Of a DNA stretch of 64,000 nucleotides, positions 51,801 through 64,000 are shown piece after piece (position 1 is the first letter of the stretch; each line of letters starts with the position of its first letter). Origin of the DNA: Saccostrea cucullata (lineage: Eukaryota); NCBI RefSeq assembly GCF_032062105.1, contig NW_026937075.1:372001-436000 (forward strand), read 5' to 3'. The translations under genes and the position numbers were made by a program. The notes under the pieces are model-generated. The model worked only from the letters and a program-made list of their open reading frames with translations. It had not been told where the DNA came from and did not search any database.

Positions 51801-53198
51801 ATAACTGAAGAGAACATGTTTGTCAATCATATTTTAAAAAGAAATTGAAACGAAATTGAGAAATTTTAGAGTAATCAAATTTTTTTTAATATTTGAACCT
51901 AACTCGATCAAAATTAAACTGATCCCGATCAAAATTTACACAAAATGAATAAAATACTCATTTATTGCCTCTTCATGTATTCACAATGAAGAAATCTATT
52001 TTATTGTCAGGTTCAATAATGTTTTAACCCTAATAACACCTAATCAGACTAGTATACGCGCGCGGGGAAAAGTTATTTATTTCCAATAATTGTACAATTA
52101 TGGTTGGGATCGGTTTAATTCTGATCGGGATTGACCAAAATATAAAAAAAATAATTTCTCTAAAATTTGGCTATTTCGTTTCAATTTCTTTTATAAATAT
52201 GATTGAAGAACATATTCTTCACATTTGTCACTGCTTTTGAGTAGATTTTAACCACAAGTTTAAAAAATATTCACAATTTATGTGTTTTATTTTCATAAAT
52301 ATTTTTTTATTTAAAAATTTTTAATATCTATACAGCTTTTCTTTACATATTTTATTAGGTATTCATGTGATGCATTCATTCACAGCAAACTTTTAATTCG
52401 AAAAGAACTTATTTGGTTTTAAATATAATATATTTTTCATTTTCTTTGAAAAAATACAAAAAAATTCATATAAAATAATTAAATTAAAGCTTATGACGGA
52501 CTTTGAATGCTGAAACCATTGTTATAAAAGGTTGACTCAGAGATCTATAAAATAAAAAGTTGGTGTGGCATTCCTCCTTAATAAGATCTTTTCATCATAC
52601 TTTATACATTGATACAAATTTACATGTTGCATAAAATACTAATAAACACTTCGCAGGGCATTCATGTTGTATGGACATATTTCTAGTAATTAAAGTGGCA
52701 CAGTGACGCACAAAGGGGAACATTGACAAATGTAAAATCTTCCCATGACCTCTGTAAATTTTGTTCAATTCCTAAAAGTATTAGGTTTCAGAAAATTACA
52801 GGTTTCAGAACCTAAAAATTAAATTTTAATGGGGAAAAATAAAAGTAAAAATAATTTCTGTCTGCCCCAGAACGAAAATATTGCAAAATACCCTGGTACT
52901 TCTTCCTCCCTATTATACGCGTGCGCAGAAAAGTGTTGAATAAGTTTCCATAGTTACCATGGTCTCAAGTATCCACGAATGAATATAAGTAGACCAAAAA
53001 ATTTGATGTAATCTTTTTAAAAAGTTGTTAGAACATATTTCTCACCTATGCATGCTCCAGTTGAATTTTGTTTACAAGTTTGAGCTAAAAATAAGAGTAG
53101 CGTGACCTTGACATATACGAAACAACGAAACGGTAGATACAACCTTCGTTTTTCCGGCACTTATATTGTGCAGTCAATTCTTGCAGTTTAATTGTCAT
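42826..53198 (-). CDS. Uncharacterised ~758-aa protein (acidic, low complexity, internal repeats, basic NLS-like segment), 5 exons
   Basis: Exons (minus) 53198-53144 (tentative first), 47252-47067, 46823-45314, 43876-43789 and 43263-42826 are all AG/GT-bounded. Phases 1,1,2,0 join without stops (2277 nt). A 1510-nt stop-free exon in AT-rich DNA supports coding. KKRLVKRRLKRK lies near the C-terminus. Confidence 0.75.
47353..47695 (-). mobile_element. Miniature non-autonomous LTR retrotransposon (TRIM) with tRNA-derived LTRs
   Basis: AAAT TSD; LTRs 47695-47584 and 47475-47353 with TG..CA ends; PBS TGGTGCCATTGACC (47579-47566); PPT AAGGAGGGAGGAA (47488-47476). Each LTR contains A/B-box tRNA-like sequence. 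Confidence 0.9.
47874..48060. mobile_element. Tc1/mariner-type MITE (TA TSD)
   Basis: TA|CTGTAAACGTATTACATTTGGCG ... CGCTAAATTTAATACATTTACAG|TA. Confidence 0.8.
49711..49935. mobile_element. Tc1/mariner-type MITE (TA TSD)
   Basis: TA|CTGTAAACCAACTTTTATTCG ... CGAATAAAAGTTGGTTTACAG|TA. Confidence 0.88.
50562..51003. mobile_element. hAT-type MITE, 8-bp TSD
   Basis: TGCATCAA|CAGGGCTGTGT ... ACACAGCCTTG|TGCATCAA. Confidence 0.88.
51460..52577. mobile_element. 1.1-kb foldback element with TTAA TSD (Kolobok-like), very long TIRs
   Basis: TTAA|GGTGGAATGCCACACCAA ... TTGGTGTGGCATTCCTCC|TTAA. The arms stay complementary for ~470 bp (to GATCCCGATC / GATCGGGAT). Confidence 0.88.
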
Positions 53199-56100
53199 AT
53201 CTTCGCTATATACTCATAATTTTCGTAAGTCTTTCTCTGTATGCTACAGATATCTTAAAATTAAGGTATGATTTTGACTCACTGTGCCGCTTTAAATATA
53301 TTTTTTTTTATATATATATATTTCTGTGGAAAAATTTAATTGCCAATTGTGGTCCCACCCTATACCCCGGAGTAATGATTTGAAGAATCTTGAATATGCA
53401 CTACCTGAGAATATTTCTACATAATTTCACCTTTTCTGTCTACCTACTTGGTAGTTAAATTAATTTTGAGGAGAATTAAAAAAAAATAACAATGACATTT
53501 TTCAATAATTTGTAATTATCTCCCCATGGAATATGTGGAAGAAGGTTTGACCCTTCATTTGAACAACTTTATGGGAAGAAGGACCTTAAAAGATGTTTTA
53601 ATGAAACACTGGCTTCCCTATATGGAAGCTTATTGTAAAGGTAGAAGAATATCAAAATTTTTTATTCAAATTTTTAATGCCAGTCAAATTAAGTCAAAAT
53701 TGTTGGTATCCAAAACAAAGGTTTTAATTATCACAATATGAATTCATTTGTGAAATATGTAAGTAAGTAAGTAAGTAAATTGTTTATTATAGTGACGTGT
53801 TATACAGTACAATGAAAAACATTTAATACAATTAATATCCAAACACCCGGCCCATCGGACCTATATGTCACTTTTAACAAAATATATGAAAAATATATAA
53901 ACAAATATTACGCATGGCATTTTTTATACAACAGAGATTGTCGGTGCATGTATGAAAGGTATAAATATTTTGAGGTCTGCCTTGGAAAATTTGTTAAAAG
54001 AAAATTTACACTATCTTGATCGGACATAGACCTAGCATATACTTGCCAACCTCCAGCATGTAAAAATCTGGTCATGACCAGATTTGGAAAGTAAAAAATC
54101 TGGTCATAATGCGTAACGACATTCACGACATATTTACCATGATTAAATTTTATACATATATATACAAAGTATTTGTGTATTGAGAATTCTTTTATTGACA
54201 AAGGATTTAATTTACTATGACAAAAAATTCATACATAATTTGATTTAATTTACATGTTAAAAATGCGAATTGAAGGTTTCATATTTCAGTATTGACCTGA
54301 AGTTAGTAGTGTGCATTTTTTTTAAAAAAAAAGCCTTTTCAGTTTCTGCTAAATTTGAAAGTATACCAATTTCAGTTTTGAAGTTATTTTTCCTCTCTCT
54401 TAATTAATTAACTACTGCAATATGTTTTAAACATGTTAAATGTGAAGTTAGGCCTACACTGTCTTTGATCAGTTTATTTAATCTAGAATGAAAGTTTTTT
54501 TTTTCCCAAGATTCCTTCATATGAACATAAATATCGTTTCTCTTTTTCTTGGTTCAATCAGAGACATGTGTTTGGTTCAGCTTGTTCCTGTTGGCCCTGA
54601 TAACGATCTAGTTCTATCGGAAGCCATTTTAATTGACTTCAATCATTTATTTGTCAAAACAATACCCAGTTAATTGTTTACACCTGCACTGATAATTAAT
54701 CCATCGACATTGTTTACGTAGATCTAAGCTTGGGTTGTAACTGGAAGTTAAAAGTGCAACCTAATTTACGAACCAAATCCAGAAATCAGGAGATTTTCGG
54801 GTTGTTCGGCAAAAATCGGGTGATAAGCATGACCCGCCGGGTCATAAAAAATAATCGGGTTACGGGTTGAAAAATCGGGTGTGACCCGACAAAATCGGGT
54901 GAGTTGGCAACTATGACCTAGCACCAACTGCCCCAAAGTTATGGCTAAGGTTAAAGGTCAAACTCAAATGTCAAGAGGTCAAATTTTATAGTTTTAACCT
55001 ATGAAAGAAATGTCTTGTACATCACAAGAAAAACACCTGTGAAATAAGAAAGCCATAGCCCAATGCAATCAAAAGTTATTGACTAGCTGTCAAGTTTTAC
55101 AGATAAACAGACAAAATGACAGACAGTACTAGCTAGGGCATAAAAATATTATTTTCAACTATTGCTTAATGATTTATAAATACATTTCACACGTAAAGAA
55201 CAATCCTCATCAATGAAGACACGGTCAGTTCTAACCTGTATTGTAAGTTGTTAATTCATTAATTGCATTGCAATGCCTTACCGAAGGGGTATTCCCAGGT
55301 ATCACAGGGAAATACCTATTTTTAGAACCAGCTCAACTGTCTGCCGGGGTCGTTGAAAATATATGGAAATTTTAAGAGTTTTGTGGTGAAGGGGGTGTTT
55401 GTTTTACTTTTCAAAACTAAATTAGAGAGAATATTCATTTCTAGAAACTTATTCAGTCTAGAGACTATTTCATGAATAAAAAAGTGCCTAATTTAAATTA
55501 CCTTATATTTTTTTCATTAGAATTTAATGTTGAAATACACCATGCCGCTAAAATAGTACATTTTTTCTTTAAAAAAATAATTTCCAAAGCAAACAACACT
55601 TATTATGCCAATACACACCTTGGTGTTTTGCTATGAAGACTCGGACTCTCAGCTCCGGCTCCGGGTCGCTCCGGACTACACCTGAGTCATATGCCTTAGT
55701 TTCGCATTTTTTTGTTCGGCCTCTCTCTTACATATTTTTTGAAGGACTTTCTCATGTTCAATAATATTGACATTTTGTCAATTTATACTTACAAATATAG
55801 GCCTAGCATCCAATGAATCAACATTCTAATTTCATTTTACTTCAATGAGCTTAATTCGAAAGCAACCTAATGGAGCAAAAGCCAAAACGAAAGTAGATAT
55901 TAGTGAAGGGAAGAAAACTTTACCTTAAAACGTTTTATTGACAACCTATAATAAGCTAATGTAGAACATTTATGGTGTATACTTGTGTTCAAGTGAGTAA
56001 TCTTGAAGTTCTATTATTATTACAAAAGTTAGACCTTACCATAGTAGCCCTGTTTAGCTGTTTATTAAGACAGTCAAGTTTAATTGATTATGATTGATGG

Positions 56101-56429
56101 TGTTTTCTTTATTCTTTGCTCTTCGGTTTGCTCATGGTAAGTAAAAATATGCGAACTACTAAAACAACACAGGTGTTGGTACAAGATTTTAATGATTTTA
56201 ATACTTAGTCTATTTTTGGGAGATAATATGTTTTACGGTATGACCGTTGGGGCGAGCGCAGTTATGTACTATCATAAAGCTACACATGAACTGCCTATCA
56301 TTCAAGAAAAAAAGAAAGAAAACAAAACAATAAAAAGAAATCACTTCCCAAACATTGGGATCGAGATTCCAAACTTCTCGGAAGTTTCCGACAAAATCGG
56401 AAATACCGGAACCGTTAAAGTGACGAAAG

Positions 56430-56630
56430 TATGACGTCAGATAAAAAGTCCTGTAGACTTAGGATGCAAATGATGGTTTTGTGGCATGGAAATTGCAAAT
56501 ATGTTGACGGTGCGACTGTTATGGAGAGCGCAGATCTATGTTTATTTTGTTAGAATTTAAATCAGGCTCGTACGTCAAACTGCACGTGACATTTGATGCG
56601 TCTAGACTCTGACGTCACATGACGTCGTAT
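56430..56630. promoter_or_regulatory. CRE/E-box cluster between two divergent genes
   Basis: TGACGTCA at 56432 and 56610, TGACGTC at 56620 and CACGTGAC at 56583. A candidate first-exon donor CAGG|GTATGT lies at ~56729. Confidence 0.45.
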
Positions 56631-58252
56631 GTAAGTTACATTTCCCCCAAAGAACCCTGAACAGTGCTGAAAATAAATGAAGAACGTTTTGTTTGCTATT
56701 TATCTTCAATATTTATCCATTAAATCAGGGTATGTTTAATTTTTCTACTATTCTCACGAGAACGTAGCTTTAACGTAGCTTAAACAAGTGATGCATTGTG
56801 GGTCCAAATTACGGCATCAAAATATTCTATCAAATGAATGGGCAGTAGTCCGAATTTTCTCTTTGTACAGGCGTTGCTTTAAGAGCTCGCAGTGACGAGC
56901 GTCGCTTCGCAACGCTCGCTACGCTCGCCTTTGTTTGTATTTTTTCAAGTAAGTTGTTGCTATGTTTTAGCCACCTTGTTGCTATGTACCGCAAAGGATT
57001 ACTGGGAGTTTGGAATTTTTTCATGCGGTGAGATAAAAATTTCTTGGAACAATGTTTTTCAACCCGAATTTCCTCCGTTCGTACACGTTAGTCTAACAAG
57101 CTCCCTACCATTTTTTAAAAAAATCTATAAGGTTATTGGCCTTCCACTGTCTTATGAATTCTTTGCTTGACAATTCTTGTAGTGGTTCCATCTCAGGAGG
57201 AGAATACTCCTGTTGAATTATTAACTAGTCTCAAGCTCAAATAACCATAGACAGTAGTTTAGTACAACTTATTATAATTAAGACAATATCTTACTATTTT
57301 TATCAAATGCTAAAACCTATTACAATTTTTCCTTAATTGTCTTGTAATGATTCTGGAATTTTCAAACAGCTATACTGATTGTCTTCAATAAGGCATCCTA
57401 CAGTGAGTTTGGTTACCACTTCTACTATCCATCTTGAATAAGGCGTCCTTAGTCTAGTACATGTATATGCTGTAATCCGAGGGAGAGGGCTATTATGTTA
57501 TCTAAATGTTGTCTGTTATGTTAGAAATTAATACCGGTGCAAATTTATTGTTGCTTGCCTATGATTTTTCTAGAAATTTACTATTTTAAAAAACCATTTA
57601 CCAAGAAAAGGTTAGGAATTAATTGTATTTTTCGTCACTTCACTAGAATCATACCAATAAATTTTAATCAGTTATTATTTAAACATATAACTCCCTAAAA
57701 ATTATCCTAATGTTGAATATAAATACCTTTCCTTAAGTACCAACAAAATTTTGACCCTTTGACCTTAATGTTTGACCTTCTTTTTAAAAACGTAACCTTA
57801 TAGTCATTACTTTTGAATGGTAAGTGGCTAACTAAGTGCAAGGGCTTTTACAGGTGTAATCATTGAAACAATGTGGGCTGGGTTACACAATCAAAATAAA
57901 CAGATTGTTGAAAGCACCAGGTACATCTGCTGTAAGAAAATCTTTTACGCAAGTGTATATGGCGTAGGATCTGAAGCAAATTTTAAATATCCTTGGGTCA
58001 TGGTCAACATATTAATCATCAGATGTAACTTCATTTGTTTGGATATGATATGAAAGCTGTCAATTATCATTAGGCAAAGAAAAAATCATATATAGGCACC
58101 AATTAATGATTCACAAATACATCTTGTTTTTGCAACTAAAATGCTACAAACTTTATAGATTTCTTTTTTTTTGTTTTTAGTACATGACAAGGAATAGAAG
58201 ATGTCTTGTGAGCTAGCAGTTGTCAGTCCCTAAATACAGATTAATATCAAAC

Positions 58253-61200
58253 ATGCTAAAGAAATTTTTTCATAAAAAGGGTAAGTTAAATTGTTGATTC
58301 AAATGTATTTTTCTTCCTTATTTTTTTACAGTTAATTCACCATGAATCCTTAACTTTCTCACTGATATTGAATATGAGGGACCTTTATATACGTACTCGT
58401 AGCAGAAATTAAATAACAGATATTCACAAGCAATCAATTAGCAATCTTTAGAATTATCAAAGATAATGAATTAAAGTATTTTTAAATCCTCCCCTATCAC
58501 AGCTAATTGTGCCATATACATGCAACGTTTGGTTGCACATAACATGTTACACATACGTGTAATGTACATTATACGTAGGTGGCACATTTTGCTGTGATAA
58601 TGAGTGTGAATAATTGAGAATGATAGTAGGTACGATGTATGTATTTTGTAAAGTTTATTATTTTATATATCTTAATTAAGAAAGAGTTTCTAAAGGCAAC
58701 ATTTAAATACAATTTTTTGTATAAAAAGTATATACTTCTTGCACAATCATATTTTTTTTTTTTTATCAATTCTACAATTGAGTATATGAAAGTAAATATT
58801 TCAGGATTGCCTACTTCAAGTTGGGAATGTTATAGGTGTGAGCGGAGGATAGAAGCAGGGGAGAAATGTGAGACCTGTAACAGGAGGTTTAATAAAGACA
58901 AAGATAAGGTAGTGGAGGACAGTTCAGAGATCAAAAAGGAATACAAACCCATTATTAATAAGTATGACAAAAAGAAAGAAGAGGAAGATATTGGAACTGG
59001 AATAAAATCAATCATAAATAGACAATCTGACTCAGCAGAAGCTGTAGTTAGGGAGTCTGTACAAACAAGTTCTTCTGCTGTTGATCACTTTAATGGAGCA
59101 AATTCTGACTCCCAGGATCTGGGCAGTGACAAACAAAAGTCAAGTGGTGGATGGACCTGTAAGATCTGCCACAAAGGTGGAAACTTAAAGTTAGACTGCC
59201 AAATGTGCAAACAAAGAAAGAAAGAATCTATTGATGAAGGGGACATTAAAAACAGAAAGAAAAGGAAACAGTTAAATAGAAGCAGGCTGAAGGCAGGACG
59301 CAGCATTCGTGTGGATAAGGAGAGAGATAGACAGAAACAAATTGCTCAACAAATCTTTATAAATATTACAGATTATTGCAGAAATGTAAGATTTTAATTA
59401 AGTACTTATATTTAAAGTAAAAGATATTTCAACTCATATACATGTATATTTTCTGTTCATTTCAATTTAATTAAGATAACTGTTAGAATAATTAATGCAA
59501 ACAAATATAAGAAATATTTTGAATTTTAAAGGTCCATTTATATTTTCTACAGAAATTAAAAGGATGAAACCAAGAGATGTGAAATTTAGAGATACCTACA
59601 AGGGTTGTCCAAAAAGTTCGTGGATAATGACATTTTCCTTAAAATATATGGTTTTATATGCATCTGTAGTATATCAAAACATTTCTCATAAAAAACCATG
59701 TCAGAATGATTTAATTTTTATTGATGAAACTTAATATTTTTGTAAAAATCAGGGTCTTTAAAGATTGCAGATAATGCGCACAGACCAGTCTGACATTAAC
59801 CTATATAATTCATTATAACTTCAAACATTTGGATTTTGACTTAACACATGTTTATGGACACACACTACTTTTCTTTTTTAAGCACAATGCACTTCCAAGC
59901 GCTAGCAATAATCTTTAAGTATAGATTATAATTTATTTAATTTTTAAAATTCAAAACAATGCACAAAAACTTACGGGTGTCATCTATATAAACAGTTTGT
60001 ATACACAAACTGCACAGCCCAGTCCGACGCTGCACTAGATTTATAACAACGTCATGAATAGAAATCTCCATTTTCAGTAAATTACATATGTTTTTAAATT
60101 CTTGGAGTGTCTTCGAATTTGTGCACTCTGTTGAAAAATCGTATATACCAATCTCAAATCGATACAATAAATATATTTCAATATTTTCATTCGCTGTGTT
60201 TCTCTACTAAGCCAACAGTGAAATTGATTTGAATACCATTTTCCTGTATAGAAATATTCACAGAGAAATGTGCGTTAACATGATATCACAATGAGGATGC
60301 AGCGACGTTAGTAAAAATACAACGATATAGGGCAGCGAAAAATTCAAATATTGAGTATATTTCAGATGCTTCCAAACATGTAAAATGTAAATATAAGGAA
60401 TGTTTTTAAGTTTAGTGTGAATTATTGGTGTGCGAATCACACATACTTGCAGGTAGGCATATTTTTCATGAAGCGCTAGCGCGCTTCATGAAATATGCCT
60501 ACATGACAAGTCTGTGTGATTCACATACCAATAAATCACACAAAACTTAAAAACCTTCCTTAAAATAAATAATTGTGCGGATGGCCAACGTCGCTTTTTC
60601 TGTTGAGTTTTGGCACATATTTGTTAGGGTTTTTGTTAAGAATTTGCACTGTCTATATAGTAAGCGAGACTTAAGTTATCATAAAAGTATTATAGCCTCT
60701 GTATTTGTGTTACATAAAATTTTTATTAATTTTTTACTTGTTTTATATAGAAAATAATCATGTTAATCCGAACACTTTATATCACAGTTTATGTCATTTT
60801 AACCTTGGGTAAAAGATATTTCAACTCATATAGATGTATATTTTACAAAAATATTATGTTCCATCAAAAAAAATTAATTCATTCTGACTTGTTTTTTCAT
60901 AAGAAATATTTTGATATACAGCAGATTTACATAGATCTATTTATTTTCACAAAAACATCATTGTCCACAAACTTTTTGGACAACCCTCGTATAGATGATG
61001 TTTATTGTTTAAAGTTTTTTTTTTCACAGAACAAAACAAGGTATAAAGATGAGAGTTTTCCAGATCCTAGTGTTCCAAACAGAGATGGAGAGCACTGGGA
61101 GAGAATAGGGAACATTAAAGACAAAAGTTGTAAAGGGAGAGAACCCTGGACTGTGTTCAGGAACCCCAGCCCTGATGATGCCATACAGGGATCAGCAGAA

Positions 61201-62771
61201 AACTGCTGGTAGGAAAATCATTTATTATATCAAGCCTCTTCATCATTGATGTTAGCTTATTTTTCAAAGTATACTGTAAAATCACATATTGTCTTGGGGT
61301 CAAATTTTCAAGGTTTGAGGAAAAAATATTGGTTTGTGTGGATTTGATTTCGTGGTTGGAGAAATTTTACATTTTGCAGTGGTCATGAATTTGTGGGTCT
61401 TTCCATGCCTCAAAATCCTTGAAAATTTCACAGTATCTGAGGCCTCCAGGCATTGAAAAAGAAAATGTTTTTGGATCAATTCTGGGAACAAAATTATCAT
61501 TCTAAAGAGATCAGTTTTGAATCACCAAAGAGAAGTCCTGCTTTGGCTTCATAATAATTAATGCTCTACTTTGTAGGTTCTTGTGTTCAGTCAGTTTGCT
61601 GGCCCAGAGGGAGGAGCTTCTGAGAGAAATTCTGATCACAGAGAGCTACTGTGCAGAAGGCTTATACCAGGTCCGACTCTGCAAGGACGGCAACTGGAAA
61701 ACAGTCATTGTGGACGACCGATTCCCCTGTGATAAACATGGAAATCTCAAATATGCAAGAGTATGTTTATGTAGCATATTGACTACTGTAAATCTAAACT
61801 GTTTGTAGTATCAAATGTTACTATATATCATAAATTATAATACTTATTGAAATTCTAATAATTTTGCAAGGACTGAAGTAAGTCATTAGTGTTAAATTTT
61901 TGGTGCTGCATTTACATGTACAGGTATTTGGAAAAATGCAACTAGTACATGAATATGTAAAGGTTTTCAAGTTATGTTGTTGTTTCTTGTTTCCAGCCTC
62001 ATAATAAACAATTGTGGGTGATGCTGCTGGAAAAGGCGGCAGCCAAGCTTCACGGAGGATACAGGGCTTTATATTCTGGTCTGGTAGTGGAGTCACTGGC
62101 CCTGTTGACTGGGGAACCTTGTAAACACATTGACCTTGGAGGTTTGTTTTGCTCATTCAGTCATTGCAGTACTATAGTCCATTTTACTTCATACAGTGTA
62201 TGTCAGCTAGAGCCATGAGTCACTCGGACTGTCTATTACTAACTTCTTTTGTCATGCATAGCAACAATAAATGATTTGGTTAAAAGTATTTATGAGTAAA
62301 AAAAATACATGATTGAATTTCATGATCTTTACTGTGTAGGCATCAAAACCATCCATATCGATGCAATTTTTGAAAATAAACGTATTGTATACCTGTTTGC
62401 TTGGTTATGAAAAGAAAGAAATTCTTATAGTTAATTGTCATAATTTATATTTTGAAGGAGAGGATATTCAGAAAAAAGATGACAAGAAACTGAAGATAGA
62501 TCCAGATAAGCTTTGGGAGGATCTAAAGAACTGGAGAGCATCAAGGTAGCATTTCCTAGCATACTCTATGCACACAAACTAGATTCACTTTTTGCATAAA
62601 ATGGCCTTTTCCTTTTACCAATTAACTGACAAGTCTCTATGTTTCATTTCAAATACATGTTTTAAGGTACTTACTTGGAGTCAGCACCTTCCCAAAACTT
62701 GCTCATGAGGAACTTGTAGAAGCCCACTGTTATCCTATCTTGGACATAGAAGAGACAGCAGATGGCAAAAG
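58253..62771 (+). CDS. CAPN15: Calpain-15 / SOL-like cysteine protease (zinc fingers + CysPc), 5' part; continues beyond the window
   Basis: Exons 58253-58280, 58805-59385, 61030-61208, 61577-61760, 61997-62141, 62458-62545 and 62667-62771, phase-consistent. It has two W-x-C-x2-C-x9-C-x2-C fingers and CysPc motifs DESFP, PDDAIQGSAENCWFL, GLYQVRLCKDGNWKTVIVDDRFPC, QLWVMLLEKAAAKLHGGY, LTGEPC and AHCYPILDI. It is likely a divergent paralog rather than the 1:1 ortholog. Confidence 0.88.
59599..60989. mobile_element. Tc1/mariner-type non-autonomous element in a calpain intron
   Basis: TA|CAAGGGTTGTCCAAAAAGTTCGTGGA ... TCCACAAACTTTTTGGACAACCCTCG|TA, with ~150-bp imperfect TIRs. Confidence 0.88.
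60394..60562. mobile_element. Palindromic MITE nested in the mariner-type element
   Basis: TAAGGAATGTTTTTAAGTTT..TTCATGAAGCGCTAGCGCGCTTCATGAA..AAACTTAAAAACCTTCCTTA. Confidence 0.8.
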
Positions 62772-62840
62772 GTATTTGAGGACAAAAATTTTCTTTTATT
62801 CTTCTGTAAAAATTGAAATTATGTTAAAGATGAATAGGTG

Positions 62841-63420
62841 ATTTATGTTCTAAATTCACCAGTTCAAACGAACATGAATTATTTATAAATAAAACTCAAA
62901 AACACTTTATATAGGATGAGCTCGCATGCGCGAGTGCAACAGACTTTAATGAAGTGTATACAGTATACAAAGCACAGTCTTTAGTTTAACTTCTGAAATC
63001 CAAATCATTCTACAAAAGAAAAAGAAACAAATAAAGCGACAGTCAACATTAAAACGAACATTTTAACATGTTCAGTATATCGATCATACTGGAAGGGGTG
63101 GGTGGGGCGGGGGATAAGTCTGTTGCAATGTAGCAGCGAACTTCAAATAACTTAAAACACCTGAAAATCTACCTTATACGTGACTGAATCATGAGTAGCA
63201 CGGATTCAACCTATTCACCCGTAAACAAATAAACAACCAATCGATCTCCTTTATCGATGGCCTTAATCTGCATACAAAACAAACACACGTGTTTTACCAT
63301 AACTTTTATAAATATATTTATGTTCTAAATTCACCAGTTCAAACGAACATAAATTATTTATAAATAAATTTCAAAAACACTTTATATAGGATGAGTCGCA
63401 TGCGCGAGTGCAACAGACTT
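62841..63420. repeat. ~105-bp direct repeat pair (62841-62946, 63316-63420)
   Basis: ATTTATGTTCTAAATTCACCAGTTCAAACGAACAT..TCGCATGCGCGAGTGCAACAGACTT occurs twice, 475 bp apart. Confidence 0.9.
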
Positions 63421-64000
63421 CGACGATAAAGAAAGCATTGACATAAAATTATCAAAATGTATATGACCCCACCCTTAGATATCAAGACTTCAAGGTAATC
63501 CAATTATTACTTATTTCAAACCAGGCCTTGAATAATTGAAAATTATAAAAATGTCGCAGAATTCTCAAAGTGATGCCAAACCCACATTTTTACTTAATAC
63601 ATTTGAGAACTTGCTTTATTTTTAGCTTTATGATCTTAACTTAAAAAAAAGATAAACAAGAAACATAGCCAAGTCCCAGGACTTTGGTGAATTCTAAATG
63701 CCGAGTCCGGATCAGGAATTTGTTAGTCCGGGACGTCGGGCTTGGGGAATTTTGAACCCCTGTTAGAAACAGTGGAACTTTGTTCATAATTGCTACCAAA
63801 TACCAAGCCATCATATGGATATAAAATTATATATACATGTACCAGGTACGTACGTGCATTAATTACTACCGTGACTTTACTAGAATTATACTCATTCTCA
63901 AGTAACACATGTATATATATTTATTATTTTTTCTTTTCTTTTTTTTTTTTTTTTTACAAAGCTAAATTCAAGCTGAAAAACGGACATTAATCTGTGTCCA

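Overview
Eukaryotic, AT-rich, intron-rich animal DNA, most likely an oyster or related bivalve. That assignment is inferred from the repeat content: Helentron/HINE elements with ~166-bp satellite arrays, V-type tRNA SINEs and TTAA-target MITEs. I built spliced models by hand using GT-AG sites and consistent exon phases. They are FRG1 (+, 8 exons, 268 aa), FPGT fucose-1-phosphate guanylyltransferase (-, 4 exons, ~627 aa), a TMEM272-like membrane protein (+, 5 coding exons, 231 aa), an unidentified ~758-aa protein (-, 5 exons, internal degenerate repeats and faint Rel-homology-like motifs), and the 5' part of a calpain-15/SOL-like protease (+, truncated by the window end). The remaining sequence is a mosaic of non-autonomous transposons, often nested, plus two related G-rich minisatellites. 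The most striking element is a complete 343-bp miniature LTR retrotransposon (TRIM) whose LTRs are built from a tRNA-like gene, with PBS, PPT and a 4-bp TSD. No rRNA, CRISPR or genuine tRNA gene was found, and most ORFs in the supplied track are spurious.
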